A stretch of 64,000 nt of DNA. Source: Octopus sinensis (Eukaryota). Below the pieces are notes generated by a model. The model had not been told where the DNA came from, searched no databases, and saw only the letters and a list, made by a program, of their open reading frames with translations. This document shows, one piece after another, positions 1 to 13,954 of this stretch. The position numbers and the translations under genes are program-made. Location of the stretch: NCBI RefSeq assembly GCF_006345805.1, contig NC_043001.1:71486001-71550000 (forward strand). Direction: 5' to 3'. Position 1 is the stretch's first letter; every line of letters begins with the position of its first letter.

Positions 1-513
1 TTGGTCTTGTGCTGCAATTAAAAATCCCTCTGTTTCTGCTTTGAGTCCTGAGCTTCTCAACCATTGCTGGGATTTTTCTTTGTCTATTTCTTTTGCGTTT
101 AGTTTAGTGCAGTATTTACCATGAAGGGGCTTTTCTTGCCATCGTTTTATCATGGCTCGTTGCTGTTCTATTTTTAGTTTGGATTTCATTTGTTTTATAG
201 CTTTTGTTGTTTCTTCATCATCTTCTTCTTCTTCTTTGTGTTTATTAGGTGGTATGATTTCTTGTTTGTATTTGTCAGCTTCCTTAAATACTGAGAACAG
301 TTTTTTGTTTTGCTCGTGTTTTGCTGCTATCTGGATCAATTTTCCTTCCTTCTGAAGTAGGTATTTTTGCAGTCCTATGGTGGTTATTTTATAGTAGTTT
401 TCCAGCTGTATAAGGCCTCTACCACCTTCTATACGTTGTATATATAGTCTTTCTATGTCAGATTTTGGGTGATGCATCCTAGATCCTGTCAGTATTTTTC
501 TTGTTTTCCTATC

Positions 514-516
<3 letters not shown>
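1..516 (-). mobile_element. 5'-truncated Dong/R4-like non-LTR retrotransposon, post-RT coding region, running off the window start
   Basis: Minus frame reads IDRKTRKILTGSRMHHPKSDIERLYIQRIEGGRGLIQLE...KRWQEKPLHGKY...SQQWLRSSGLKAETEGFLIAAQDQ, motifs typical of R4/Dong ORFs. The truncation abuts (ATT)n, consistent with (TAA)n targeting. Confidence 0.85.
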
Positions 517-561
<45 letters not shown>

Positions 562-574
562 TATTATTATTATT

Positions 575-1128
575 GAGTGAGAGAGCAGTTCATGCCATCA
601 AAGTGACACTGGGGTAAAATATACGAAGCCCAATATACCCATCATGACTACCCGTCTGATAAAGGTACACCAGGCACATGCATCACAACCATATGTGCGC
701 GACATGGTGATCTCATATCAAGATAAACAGCACATGACCTTGCAGGTGGGGCCCAGTTAGAATTTTCTTCAGGTTGAGTAGCCCATCCCGCTCAAACCGT
801 CCCTGAATAAGGGTTGTTTAAGGATGTTGAAAGAACCACCCATGTTTCCAGAGGTGAACTATTCAAACCCCAAAGAATCCCTCTCAACACATGGCTATGA
901 TGCTCCCCCACTACTTCTGCTCGTGATCAGAGATGCACATATCGTCAGCCACTAAGGGACATGCTCAACTGGTTAAGGTCAAACAACTGACAAGCAAATC
1001 TGTGGTATTGAGCAGAATATTTGCTGTAGCCCATCTTTTATACCAAGACAAAACAATGTACATGATAACACTTCCAATCAGTTAAGATCAGAAGCCATGA
1101 GAGCCACTGCCTGGTACTGCATCAGGGC

Positions 1129-1131
<3 letters not shown>
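575..1131. mobile_element. ~555 bp non-coding element inserted in (ATT)n, probably a non-autonomous retroelement
   Basis: Non-repetitive, GC-richer block with sharp boundaries, flanked on both sides by pure (ATT)n; no meaningful ORF. Confidence 0.6.
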
Positions 1132-1189
<58 letters not shown>

Positions 1190-1211
1190 CTGTTATTATT
1201 ATTATTATTAT

Positions 1212-1342
1212 TCTATGTTTGCATCTTGCTTTACATTTGTACAAGTTGGCTCCAAGTCTCACCCAGAGACCTCAAGAGAGAACAGGTTGGAAGTTCATGT
1301 TGTTGTTATGCCTAGTGTGCCATATATTGGTTTTGTGCCATA

Positions 1343-1343
<1 letters not shown>
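1212..1343 (-). mobile_element. 3'-UTR fragment of an (AAT)n-targeting retroelement (Dong-like)
   Basis: Short unique block between (ATT)n tracts; on the minus strand it runs into (AAT)n as a tail. Confidence 0.45.
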
Positions 1344-1426
<83 letters not shown>

Positions 1427-1482
1427 CATTATAATGTGAGGGGTTGGAATTAACAAGATTAATGTTGGAACTCCCAGAAAAA

Positions 1483-2125
1483 TTAACTTTTATTTAGCAG
1501 ATTGGTATTGTGAGAAGATATAATTTGTGAAAGATTCTTTGTGTTGGAGAAGGCGACTCTAACTATATGAGAGTTAATAATCGAATAATATCTAGAATTT
1601 TTGGGAAAGTTCCTAGCAACCGCTTCACGGAACTGCAAAGGAAGGTTCGATTTAATTTGTTTTCCAAACGGAATTACAAACCAGATATTTTTCCTAGTAA
1701 CATTTAAATTATAAGTGGTATTATCTTTAAAGGAAGGTGAACAATTTCTTGAGTGAAAATTTGAGCTTAAATAACGCTTGCCTCCCTTCCTCTGTAAAGG
1801 ATTTATATTATGTATTGCGTTGTTTACAATATTAGAATTAAAAATCACCCTTATTATTACAACTAGACTTTTTGTCTTGAGAAGTAGATAAAGGGCTAGA
1901 TTGAGCAGAATCAATGTATGTCACTTTTTCTTTATAACCAGCTTTAAGCAAGGCAGTGTTATAGAATTCTGCCTTGTTAAAAATGTCAACATCGGGGGAT
2001 AATTTAGAAAATCTAAGTGAAATGTTTTTAACTAAATTCTTAGTAATTGTCCTAGCGTGATTACTGTAAGGACTAATATATTTGAGATTTGTGGAAGTTT
2101 TATGGTATGGGAAGTACGAGTTATT
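1483..2125 (-). pseudogene. PLE fragment (RT thumb and linker, Naiad-like), frameshifted
   Basis: YFPYHKTSTNLKYISPYSNH...NISLRFSKLS...YNTALLKAGY and RKNIWFVIPF...FPKNSRYYSIINSHIVRVAFSNTKNLSQIISSHN match PLE post-RT motifs. Confidence 0.8.
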
Positions 2126-2137
2126 ATGTGTATATAA

Positions 2138-2169
<32 letters not shown>

Positions 2170-5100
2170 ATATATATATATATATAAGAAAGAGAGAGGG
2201 GAGTAATGAACGAGTATGGCTTCGTAACATATGCTTTTGATAATTGTCTTAGGTGCGTGTATATTCGCCAACAGACATCGACTCCCATTCGATTGTCCAC
2301 ACGTTTGACCTGAGTAGACTGAACAATATGAAATGAAATGTCTGGTTCAAGAACACAAGAATTGATCCCACACCTCTGCGGTCATGAACCGACCACTATA
2401 ATTATGAGCGCTAACCATTGGGTCAAGTCATTTCACTATGATAAAATACTCATTATATTATACAATAGGTAACCAACTAAAAGTAAGAAGGTGAGCTAAA
2501 CATTCTTACAAAAGTTATCAAAATGCCATGGCAAGTTTAAATGTCACTTCCATTGCTTCCGAAATATCTTGCTGTTTCCTTAAACAAAAATCAATAAAAC
2601 ATCTTGGTTTTGAGATCAAATTGTTCTGAGGCCAACTGCGCTATTCATCGTTCCGTGATCGATAAAAATAAGACAAATAATCAATATAATTAACTATATA
2701 TTCTTTTATGGCGTTGTGATTTGTTAATTAACTATTGATTTCGCCCTTAGTAGACACAGACAGAAATGTGCATACGCGTACAGACCTATTATTTCCGATA
2801 AGAAGTAAAATGTGACGTCATTACCTGTAGTAGAGGGGCGAGGGTCGGCAGAGTAAACAATCGAGGGTGTTGATACGTAGGCACTCAGCCTGATAGAAAT
2901 TGTAGCCAAATCTTCCAAATTATATTCGAGAGCCTTACCAAAAAGTACACACATTAGATAATATAATCCTAAGTACTCACCCATAAGACGAGATGCTCAA
3001 GGTTGGATGCTTTTCTCAGAGTTAACCTTGCGCTAAACAAGAACAACAACAACAAAACATTGGTGGGGCAACGTCCTCTGCTGAACCTTTCCTTTCGAAA
3101 TCTCCATTATAACCCAATCAATAACAAGAAGGTCTTATATAGAGGCGTGGCCACAATCATATGAAGGAAACAATAGACAATTAAATCAATATCAGTATAA
3201 TACTGATACTTTGAACCGACTAGGGAACCTCTATATGGTCGTCCAGTCTGATAAATATAACAGCCAAATCTCCTTCAAATAGCACCCTACTGCACTAAAA
3301 TAAAAAATGCGACAAACATAATTTAGTCTTAGGTATATTTAAGCATAAAAATAATGGACAGGAAGGTCATGACTGGAATGACTATAATAATAGTTCTCCT
3401 CCTTGATCAGGGTTGATTTTGAGACTGAACAAAGTTCAATTCTGACGCATACTTTATTGTATCAACCCAGTAAGGGTAAACGCTGACGTTGACCTCGGAA
3501 GAATTTGAAAACGCAAGTTCATGGTATATAATTAGTGATTGCAAATTATTCTGTCAGTCATTCATACTGACTTCACTATCAACTTCACTTTGAATAAATA
3601 CTGATTTATAATTCAAGCATTAATACCAACAACTGTGGTTTCTATTAATCTTTTATCAATACTTAAATGAAATCTAAACTTAAGTGATATTAATTTGATT
3701 CTGATGTCATTGAGAGATGAAACTCCCACTGGATAGGCCACTAATGTTGGCAGATAGCACTTCTAGGAGGTTACACATAATAAAATGTTCCTCCTGCAAA
3801 CACCACTCAATTATTCGACACGCTAGAAGAAACAACTAAATATCTCTCTCTCTCACTCTCTCTCACTCACTCTCTCTCTCACTCTCTCTCACTCACTCTC
3901 TCTCACTCACTCTCTCTCACTCTCTCTCTCACTCTCTCTCTCTCACTCTCTTTCACCCTCTCTCTCTCTCTCTCTTCTCTCAATCTCTCATAAAACAAGA
4001 AAAGGATAGATTGGATAATTTAGTCGTAGCTATACCTCAAAAAGACGCGATGGTCATAGCTGGGACTCCTTAGATTGTATTTCCACAGGATAACCCTTGG
4101 CTTGAGTATAAATGACAACAACAGCAACAATAATGAAACGGCTGTTGAGCTGGAAAAGGAGTATCTATATTGCCATTCGACTTGCTAAATTTAGAAGCTA
4201 GAACATCCTCTAATCGCATCAATACTGTCTAAACCAAGAACATACTGGATAATGTAGCCCTAGAAATATGTGATGTGAAATAAAAGCGGATGATCATGGC
4301 TGGAACGCCTTTGACCATAGCTAACCTGGGAATTAAAAACAGCAACAACAAAACGCTTCACCTGATGACCTGTTAATTCAATAACTTATCCAGCCGGCCA
4401 TCTTGTTTCCCCATCCCAAATATTTGACAACAATCTAATGGAAATAAATGAAGAAATCCAAGACGAGGAATTTGTGTAAGAGATACAATAAAAGATTATA
4501 TTTCTTGTGGTTGTTCAGCTCTGAGCAATAAAGCAGTCAGTCAGGCTTCACATTTAATCGACTGTAATACCCCCACCAACTCGCCGCCTGCAGTTCCAAT
4601 CCCTTTCTTCAGATATTCAATCAATATGCTATTAATTAACAATACTCTTGATACTTGTGCAGTCCTCTTGCTTCATCATATTGCCGAATTTAAATCAACG
4701 ATTTCTATTAAAAAATTATTCTTCTTGCATTATTGATTAAAGCGGTGGTAGGAGGTTGGAGATAGGGGAAGGAGACAAAAACTGTAGAGAACCAGACTCA
4801 ATGACTCGTAGTATTTACTTCTGCCCTCTAGTTTCTGAATTCAAATACCGTTGCCGCAGAGGATGACTTTGCTTGCCATCAATTCCGAGTCTGATATAAT
4901 GAATAGGAAGGTTGTAAGTTCAAGCCACCGTGTGTATATTTTATCTTTCTTCTCTCGTAGTTCGATAAAAATAATAATAGGCATATACTAACCATAAAAA
5001 TCAAATAATTTTCTTCTTGTCTCGACCAGAAACAATGGGAATTATAGTTCGCCATTGTCTGTTGTGATAGTACGATAGCTCATAGCTCACAATTGTTTCA

Positions 5101-5344
5101 ACCACTGCTTCTCGCGGCTTTTGTAGAGATTATTATCCGTAATAACATAGCATGATAATGTAGCAATGCTTAGGAAGATTTATAGCTTATCATAGGTTTC
5201 AACGCAATGCATTTTAAGTTACTATTTGATAGCGGAATTCGATGTGGAAAAGGTTATTAATAAAGTCTTATATATTATTCAATGTTTTTACATTTTCGTT
5301 TTAGATATAAGTAAACTTTCTCGCTGGCAAGAATAAAACATCTA

Positions 5345-6859
5345 CACTGAACCGCAAAAGAAACGCGAGGCATGTATGACTGTGAAATATGTTTTAATTA
5401 TATTATGTCAGAGATAAATTTTGATAAATCTGATAAAGTCAATCTCTTGGATGCACTTTGACCACAGTATATGGTCGTTGTCATGTGTTCTGGTACTGGG
5501 CGTATCTGGCACATAGAGATTGTAGGGCGTCACATGTTCAATACCGCGTATGCCTTCCCTGAGTGTTCAAAACAGCCATACACCGTCTGTACATGGAGTG
5601 CATGAGGTGGTTCACAAAAGCCATTGTCATTTGTGCCCACACCCTGTGGAAAGCTACCTCCAGTTCCACACTAGTTGTCGGCCTTGGGACAACCTGGTTC
5701 AGCTGTCTCTGGATTTCATCCCACAGGTGTTCAAGTGGATTATAATCCGGCCACGGTATAGTTCTGATGTTGTGCTGACGCAAGAAGTCCATGGTGAACC
5801 TGGCTGTTTGGGAGGGAGCGTTGTCCTGCTAGAACACGTAGCTATGGTGACGCGCAATGAAGGGCACGATGTGAGGTTTTAGGATATGGTCAACATAGCG
5901 CTACGCTGTGATGACATTCCCTCTGCCTGCACCAACATTTTGAAACACGTGGGGCCCAATTCTCTGAGTCAGGCCTTTAGCACCCCAAACCATGATGCTT
6001 TGGCCACCCCACGCGTCTCTCTCTATGACAAATGTAACGTTTACTCTTCCTACGCCACATCTTCACTCTATCATCTGAGGAGGAAACGCAGTACCAGCTC
6101 TCATCGGAGAAGACTATTGACCTCGATTGTTGATGCCGCCAATGTCGGTGCTGTGTAGCCCACTGTAGTCGTGCCTGGCGGCGGCGGCTGGTGCTGGCAG
6201 ACCCTCGACCAAGACGACGGCCATGCAGTTATTGGCGGCCAGTCGACGTCGTACCGTGTCGTCGCTGATGAGTCGCTGTCCAGTGCCAATGGTCTCGCGA
6301 GCTGTCACGGTGGCCGGTCTGAAGCGATCACGGAGGTGTTGCAGGTGTGTGAAGCAGTCTTTCCTGGGCGTGGTCACCCGGGGGCGTCCCCTGCGGGCAC
6401 ACTCTCCAGTGCTGTTGGTGGTGTTGTATCGCTATTGCAGGCGATAGATGGTGCTGACATGGACATTGTAAGCTTTCGCAACAACAAGGGCACGCTGCTT
6501 TGCTTGTAATCGGCCGATAGATTGTTCTCTCTGCGCTGCTGACAATCGGGTCATACTTGATGCTTCCAAATTACAAATGCCAGGAACACAGTTCAAGTTG
6601 ATTTTATACCTATAACCTCCACGAGATGCATGTGCATTTCGGTTTTCCTGACAATTATTTGCGACTGTCACCTACGGCATTCAACGTAGCTGCGTTTTGG
6701 CGTCTCATTCCAGGGGAAGTTGAAACATTACCTGCAATTTGGTTCTCACCATAAACCAGCATATCCTGCAGTATTTACACTTACATCCCGAAATAAATTT
6801 TCAGAATTTACCATATAAAAATGACATTTGAAAAAATGGCTTTTGTTTTGCGGTAATGT
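5345..6859 (-). mobile_element. Tc1-family DNA transposon, decayed
   Basis: Left end TA|CACTGAACCGCAAAAGAAAC; degenerate inverted match TTTTGTTTTGCGGTAATG near 6841-6858; transposase remnants inside. Confidence 0.85.
5538..6554 (-). pseudogene. Tc1 transposase pseudogene
   Basis: N-terminal HTH MTRLSAAQREQSIGRL...VAKAYNVHVSTIYRL; RDRFRPATVTA...ISDDTVRRRL; C-terminal WPDYNPLEHLWDEI...SMYRRCMAVLNTQGRHTRY; broken by frameshifts. Confidence 0.9.
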
Positions 6860-7744
6860 CGTCTAAATAATTCAGATGATTGAACAACTGCACATTCACC
6901 ACAGAAACTGACGGAGATCCAGTACTTACTTACTACAACAACAACAACTTCTACTACTACTACTACAACTATTACTACTACTGCTGCTGCTGCTGCTGCT
7001 ACTACTACTACTACTACTACTGCTACTACTACAGACAGTGGTAGACTGTTACTCCTAGTGTCCCTGTCTAACGACGGAGGAGAGAAATATTTTATTAATA
7101 TGACAACTATACTAGTATTATTTTTATTGAATGAAGAGAGATTAAAGACAAAATCTACTCAAGCGTGGCTTGAACTTCCAGCTTTGCTACTCATCATATC
7201 AAACTCAGAATTGCTACTGTTCACTGAAGCAGTAGTAACACCGTAGTTTACCACCGATTATAACTCTAGTACAGCAGTCAGCCTTTGTCTCTAGTAGTTA
7301 CCCTACAGTTTACTGTTGCTGCAATATTGTATTTTACCATTGCCAGTAGCGGTAGCATTAATGTTTATCACTGCTTGTAACAACAGTGATATAGTTTAGC
7401 AGAAGATGATCACTTGGAAGAGTCGTTAAGGCGTTAGACAGAACGCATCGCAGTATTTGTTCCCACTGTCTGGTTTCAAACAGCGCCGATATCAATTTTG
7501 CTTTTCGGCCTTTCGGGGGACAAAACTATTACCAAATGAAGGCGGTGTATTAGTAAAAGTGTTAAACGACCGGAAAAAAATGCTTTTCGGTATCTGTTCT
7601 AGTTGTTTGTAGTATGAGAGCAATGCCTGTAACGACAAAGGTACCAAGCTGGCGGAGAGGGAGTCGGCAGCCTTTCCCTTGGATAAACATCAGTGGGACG
7701 GGCAGAGGAAACTTGCATGCTTTGGGAACTACTACTCTCCCTCA

Positions 7745-8110
7745 AAACCTCATGCCTCAGTTCTGTTCCACTGCGGGGCTCATTGGGCAAGTGCTTTCTA
7801 CTGTAGCCCCGGGCTCACCAAAGCCTTATGAGTGGAATTGGTAAACGAAAACCGAAAAAAACCCGTTCTGTATGTATATACATATGCGCGTGTGTGTGTG
7901 TGTCCTTGTTTTAATGTTTGTCCTCACTAACGTTTGAGAGCCGGTGGTTGGTTTGTTTACGTCCACATATTTAGCCATTATGCAAAAGAGAATGGCAGAA
8001 ATAAGAACAAGGTTTAAAAATAAACACTGGTGTCGATTAATTCGACTAGAACCCTCTAGGCAGTGCCCCAGAATGGCCACAGTCTAATGAGGGAAACGAG
8101 TTGAAAAAGA
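7745..8110 (+). mobile_element. SINE family A copy, degenerate
   Basis: TTGGGCAAGTG..TCTACTGTAGCCC.GGG..ACCAAAGCCTT.TGAGTGGA.TTGGTA.ACG.AAAC, shared with copies at 49.4-50.5 kb and 61.2-61.6 kb. Confidence 0.7.
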
Positions 8111-9922
8111 AATAAAAGATAAAAGGCCTGCACATACAGTAAGCAGTCGGGATGTCGGTATTTTGACACCCGGCTTGAATCGTCATGATTCGGGTAACTT
8201 TTCCTATTTTCAGATGACTTCCAGTCCTCCATGTCAATTACACTAATAATCCTTATCCTTTCCAACGTTGACTGTTCATTAATACATCAAGTTATTTCTG
8301 AAAAGAAGGAGACATAAAACATTGTCAAATTGAGACCGAACACTCCGCACACGTCAAATTGAAAGATGGAATATCCCCTCTGTATTTTAAAACAGCAGCA
8401 TTAGCACTGTGGTTTACCGTAAACACAGTCGTAATCCTTGTATAATTTATTACGGTCGGCAACAGATGCACTATATTTTACCATTTCGCACAACTGCAAA
8501 TTGCAGCGGTAAAACTACAATCATCTGCTAAATGCAGTAATTACATTTTATTCTATCTTTGCCTGCAAAACTAGTACTATAGTTGGTAGAAGAGGTGTGG
8601 GTTCAATTCCTCTTGTAACAAAGCCAATGTTCATTAAACCAACAGGTGTAGATCTTTTTTAACAACAAAGATAAACGGGGAAAAAATCCTTTGATTTTTA
8701 TCTTTTACTCGTTTTAGTCGGCCGTGCTGAACCACCACTTATAAAGGGTTTTAGTTGAACGAGTCGATCTCAGTACCTTTTTTCTATTTATATTTTTTAT
8801 TCTTAATTTTCTAGCCTGGTACTTATCCAATCGGTTCTCTCTTGCCGAACTGCTAAGTTACGAGGACGTAAAAAAACCAACATCGTTTGATAAACGGTGG
8901 TTGGGTGTAAACACACACACACACAAGCACGCACACACGCATGCACACACGCGCCAATATATATATAAAGCAAGATGTGTTTGTGTGTACGTGATTGTAG
9001 TTTATGCACATCCACAAATTAGCACGCATGTCGGTCAAATTTTAAGAGGACATTCGTCAACACCCTATCTGGGATTTGTCAACTTATTTTTTTCCCGAGG
9101 CACCCGTGGATAGCGGTATAAATCTATTTTCAGCTTTAGCTTTTAGCCATAAAAAATATCAGCGATAGCTTTTTGACAGCGTCTAACAAAAAAAAACAAG
9201 ATAAAGAAAAGTGGAAGAGAAGCAGTTTCATAGCGTCTAGACAAAAGGGAAAGACAAAGTCAGAGAGAGAGAGGGGGAGAGAGAGAGAGTAAGTGACGAC
9301 GTTCATAAAAATAAAATGTAAAATGTTTTGTTTTTCTTAAACACGAGATATAGTGTTCAAATTCAGGATGTTTTTGAAAGACACTATATTTTATAATCAT
9401 AGTATATATACTTTCTCACACAACAATTACAATATATTTATTTTAAATCATTCATTTATTTTAAATCGTTCATCTTACCCCCTCTCTCTCTCTTACACAC
9501 ACATTACTTTGGGTGCGAAAGAGTTTTGTTTTTATTTTACGCCGAGTAAAAAAGTGTTTTGTTGACAATCTATTTATTTAACAACAAAGAAACAAAGAGG
9601 TAGCTAATAATTTGTCAGTGAATTACACAATATAAATGGGTACACTTTGCGAGGCTTCCACTAGACCCCACTCCGTTTCACGGAACCCAAAAGGGGTTTA
9701 GTAGCATATTGAGAGGGCAGAGTAGTTGATTCCACGCAAAAAACTGATTTTTTTTTTCTTAGTGAAAATCGTGCGAGTGCTAATCTACAAATTTAACAAC
9801 ATTTTTTCCATTCATTTCTGTTTATGAACATGTATGCGTGCACAAAACATGCAATAGGTGTACGCACGTACGTGTGTGTATGTGTGTTCGTGTCTGTTGC
9901 CCATATATATTTATATTATATT

Positions 9923-9988
<66 letters not shown>

Positions 9989-9996
9989 ATATTAAT

Positions 9997-10130
9997 TAGA
10001 GACAAAACCACTATTTTGCAAATCAAACAAGGAAAGACTTAATCAATACATAAAAAAATTTAATATAAAGTAAATAAATCGCCACTACAATTGTTTCCTG
10101 TCTTCAAATGACATTCATCAGGTGGATTTC
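9997..10130 (-). mobile_element. PLE pseudo-LTR (pLTR) end fragment
   Basis: Same family as the fold-back at 25651-25823 (AGAGACAAAACCACTATT.TGCAAATCAAACAA.GAAAGACTTAA); abuts (AT)n; contains an HHR. Confidence 0.7.
10082..10125 (-). ncRNA. Minimal type I hammerhead ribozyme motif
   Basis: ccac-CTGATGA-a-tgtc atttgaa gaca-g-GAAAC-aatt-GTA-gtgg. Stem I ccac/gtgg, stem II tgtc/gaca, palindromic stem III ACAATTGT; one mismatch at the base of stem II. Confidence 0.75.
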
Positions 10131-11253
10131 ATATCTAAAAATATCAATATTTTAAAAAATAAATTTAAAATGGCTAAAACTATAAATAATATAAATTTAT
10201 CAATGAAAAAATATAAAAATATATAATCTATATATAATCTATATATAATATAATCAAGAACTAAATAACCTCTATAAACAATTGAATATAAAGAAACCTA
10301 TTATTAAAGTTCTCATATTTAAAGATGAAGAATCTAATTTCAAAAAACAAAAAACAAAAAACAAAAATAAAAATAAACTATATATACACACATGCTCATG
10401 CACATATATCTAAGTATATATAAACATATCTAAATACATACACTAACTCACACGCCCATATATATCTCTATACATACACATAAACATCTAGGCAACGATA
10501 AATTAATAAAATAGCCAAATACTTCAACACATTACTTATTCATACTCCCTCACACACACATACAACCCTCATTCATAAACACACTCACTCTGCATGACAA
10601 CCACACAACCAGCATCCGCATATACTCAACCGCAACAATATAAACATTTCATTCTTAGCCCAAAACTACCAAATACCAAATACCACATATATACCACAAC
10701 AATACATAAATACTTAAACCAAACACACACACACACATATCCAAATACCACATGCATGCAACAAACATACACAAATACGCAAACAAACACACACACACAC
10801 ATATCCAAATACCACATGCATGCAACAAACATACACAAATACGCAAACAAACACACACACACACATATCCAAATACCACAAGCCCAGAGCTATAGAAGAA
10901 ACTTGCCCAAGGAGCCACGCTGTGGCACTGAATCCGGAACCATGTGGTTAAGAAGCAAACTTCTTAACTTAAAGCCACGCCTGTTTATTTTTCTTCCTTT
11001 CTTTCTTTCATTATATTTTTTAAATGAGACAAATTATGCATATTATAATTATGTTATTTAATTGAAGCCAATATCTGTAGCAGCTCAAAGCGTTTCATGA
11101 ACCGAATTTTTACCTTTTATCATCTTTTTGAGATTAGTAAAACTTCTAGCTAGTTACTGACGGACATTTATCGATTATATAGCTTCCCTACTTCCTGGGT
11201 ATGAGCCTATAAATCTTCCCAGCTTGCTGGATCTTTCCCCTTATATTTCCCCT

Positions 11254-11373
11254 CTATGTTGGCCCTTCTCTTATATACCTCCTCTGCAGAGCAGGAGCAC
11301 ACACGGGGACGGAAAGTGTCGCTGAAGAGAACACAGCTGTGCGGGTGTCTACTTGGCAAAAAAGATGACCGTC
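11254..11373 (-). CDS. Candidate terminal coding exon of an unknown host gene
   Basis: Acceptor gtatttcag|GAC; phase 0; DGHLFCQVDTRTAVFSSATLSVPVCAPALQRRYIREGPT*. Confidence 0.3.
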   Translation of the reverse strand, partial: DGHLFCQVDTRTAVFSSATLSVPVCAPALQRRYIREGPT

Positions 11374-11419
11374 CTGAAATACAACACACGGTTTCACATC
11401 TGGAATCTCGCAACACATA

Positions 11420-11509
<90 letters not shown>

Positions 11510-11790
11510 GTGCTTGAATGTGTGTGTGTGTATGTGTGCCTTTTGCTTGTTACAATTAGACTGATGTCATACTGGAGCAAAACCTTGAAAGGTTTAGTTG
11601 AAAAAGCACTTTAACACTTTCTAAGTTTGATATTTATTCTCTCCGCCACTTTTTGTGTTAAGTGGTAAGTTGCGGGGACGTAAACAAACCATCACCAGTT
11701 GTCAAGCGGTGGTGGGGATGAACAAAAGCATAAACATAAATATTCTTTCTACTTTAGGTCCAAGGCCAGAAATTAGGGGGTAAGAGGTAG

Positions 11791-12016
11791 CTGCGAGCTG
11801 GCAGAATCGTTAGCACACTGGGCGAAATGCTTAGTTGTATTTCGTCTGCCATTACGTACTGAGTTCAAATTACGCCGAGGTCGACTTTGCCTTTCACCCT
11901 TTCAGGGGCGATTAAATAAGTACCATTTACGCACTGGGGTCGATATAATCGACTTAATCCGTTTGTCTGTCCTTCTTTGTCCCCTTTGTTTTAGCCCCTT
12001 TTGGGCAGTAAAGAAA
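11791..12016 (+). mobile_element. SINE family B copy nested in an older opposite-strand copy
   Basis: GCGAGCTGGCAGAATCGTTAGC...GAGTTCAAAT..CGCCGAGGTCGACTTTGCCTTTCA...GTAAAGAAA; flanked by the direct repeat TAAGAGGTAG (11781-11790 and 12017-12026). Confidence 0.85.
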
Positions 12017-12806
12017 TAAGAGGTAGTCGATTACATCGATCCCAGTACTCAGCTTCTACTTGTTGCATTGAACCCGAAAGTCTGAAAGGCATGGTCAACC
12101 TCGGCGGTATTTGAGCTCCCAACGTAAAGACGGACAAAATACCTAACAGCCACGCTCACATACATAAGTTTGTCAAATATCAAAGATAGAGATCGATATA
12201 TGTAATTTAGAGTTTAAAGAATAACCTACAGAGATTTTAGGCTACAGTAACTAATGCTCTGATGACTGAGTTCACAACTTGACTTTGATATTTCATTATA
12301 CCCATTTAACTCCACTTACGTTACTACTACCAGAGGACAGGTCAAAGGAAAACCAAGTAAGCACAACTTAGTCTGTGGTCATAAACAAATTGCTTTGTTG
12401 AATAACGAAGGCAGAATGAATCAACCGTGTCTAATGATAAGTGGTCGACTTTGAATATTTTTAATCTTTTAGTAACACAGATTTATATAATTACTTGAAA
12501 TTTTATTCACCATATTCAATGTTCTTCACTTTGATATATGAAACATAGTGGATCACTATGAGTATATGTGTGTGTGTGTGTGTTGTGTGTGTGTGTGTGT
12601 GTGTCTGTGTGTGTGTGTGTGTGTGCGTTCATATATGTGCCTGTTAATGGAAAGATGGACATGTTCAAATTAAATAATTAAATATGTATATGAATATAGC
12701 GATAGATATATAGAGACAGAGGGATGGATGGTTAGGCCACTTGTGTTGAATAGATATACTATAAATTAGTATCTAATTCTCTCACCCTTATTAATTATTA
12801 TAATAT

Positions 12807-12866
<60 letters not shown>

Positions 12867-12914
12867 TACATACATACATACATACATACATACATAATAC
12901 ATACATACATACAG

Positions 12915-12998
<84 letters not shown>

Positions 12999-13197
12999 TA
13001 TATATAGTTAAATAACGTTCGTGTAAAAGCTTTGTAGAATGCTATGCAAAGCTCGTCCGCAGTTACTGGCTACCTAACTACCTGTTGTCATCATTTAAAA
13101 TGCTACTCGATATACAGCAAGAATTCCATAGTATCCGTTAAGTTCGTATAAGGAGGCAAGTGATATAATATGGAATGAACAACATTCTTAATTTATG

Positions 13198-13307
13198 ATT
13201 ATTACGATTGTTTCGACACATTTTTACATCTGTAGTACATTCATGAGATGTTCTGCAATCATTATCATCGAAGATGTAAAGGTATAAAATGCACCTCCTC
13301 GGGTGAT
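13198..13307 (-). ncRNA. Degenerate HHR motif with CCGAGGA core and long stem II
   Basis: atcac-CCGAGGA-ggtgcatttt...aaaatgtgtc-GAAAC-aatc-GTA; stem I is decayed. Confidence 0.45.
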
Positions 13308-13799
13308 TGTTCATATAAGTCCTTCGTTAGATCGTACCATCATTTCACTTAGTGTGAGAATGCATACGTAAAGAGATGTATTATTTTCAGTAGTTTACAC
13401 ACATAATTAAACCCATAGATATAGAGACAGACAATTATAATCAATTATAATCAAAATACAAAATACAGAAATAAAGAAATGGACATAAAAGGGTTCAGGT
13501 TGACTATGAATTGCATTTCTATATTCATGGTCAAATTATAAGAAGGTGCCAAACAGAATTAAGAATAAATTTAAGTGTAAAATTAAGCATTTAGCGATAT
13601 TAATAGTGATGAAGTGTTAAAGACTGATCATTTATTTATCAACTATTTCTTTGTTTCTGTTGAGGACTACCCTCTGTCTTTCGCGACAAAGCAACTGGCT
13701 GCATTCTACACTCGATTCAGCTTCTATTTAACGTTATTCTCGTCTAATTTTATATGCTTCATGAAACAGTTGAAAAAGTAAGTTAGTAGGTATCTTTAC

Positions 13800-13842
13800 C
13801 TCACTGATCTCCATATACCCACCGACATGGTAGCGTATATTG
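13800..13842 (-). CDS. Candidate coding exon of an unknown host gene
   Basis: tatag|CAAT...GAG|gtaaag; 43 nt, phase 2 to 0; (S)NIRYHVGGYMEISE. Confidence 0.3.
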
Positions 13843-13897
<55 letters not shown>

Positions 13898-13898
13898 A

Positions 13899-13937
<39 letters not shown>

Positions 13938-13954
13938 TATATATAATTGAATAA

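Noticed and set aside
2825-8271. Further possible minus-strand exons near 2.9, 3.0 and 8.2 kb
   Set aside because: Weak acceptors, and one overlaps an old dispersed repeat; insufficient support.
10725-10880. Three ~60 bp tandem units resembling a regular array
   Set aside because: A CA-rich minisatellite with no unique spacers; not CRISPR-like.
12259-12266. CTGATGA motif
   Set aside because: No downstream GAAA or supporting stems.
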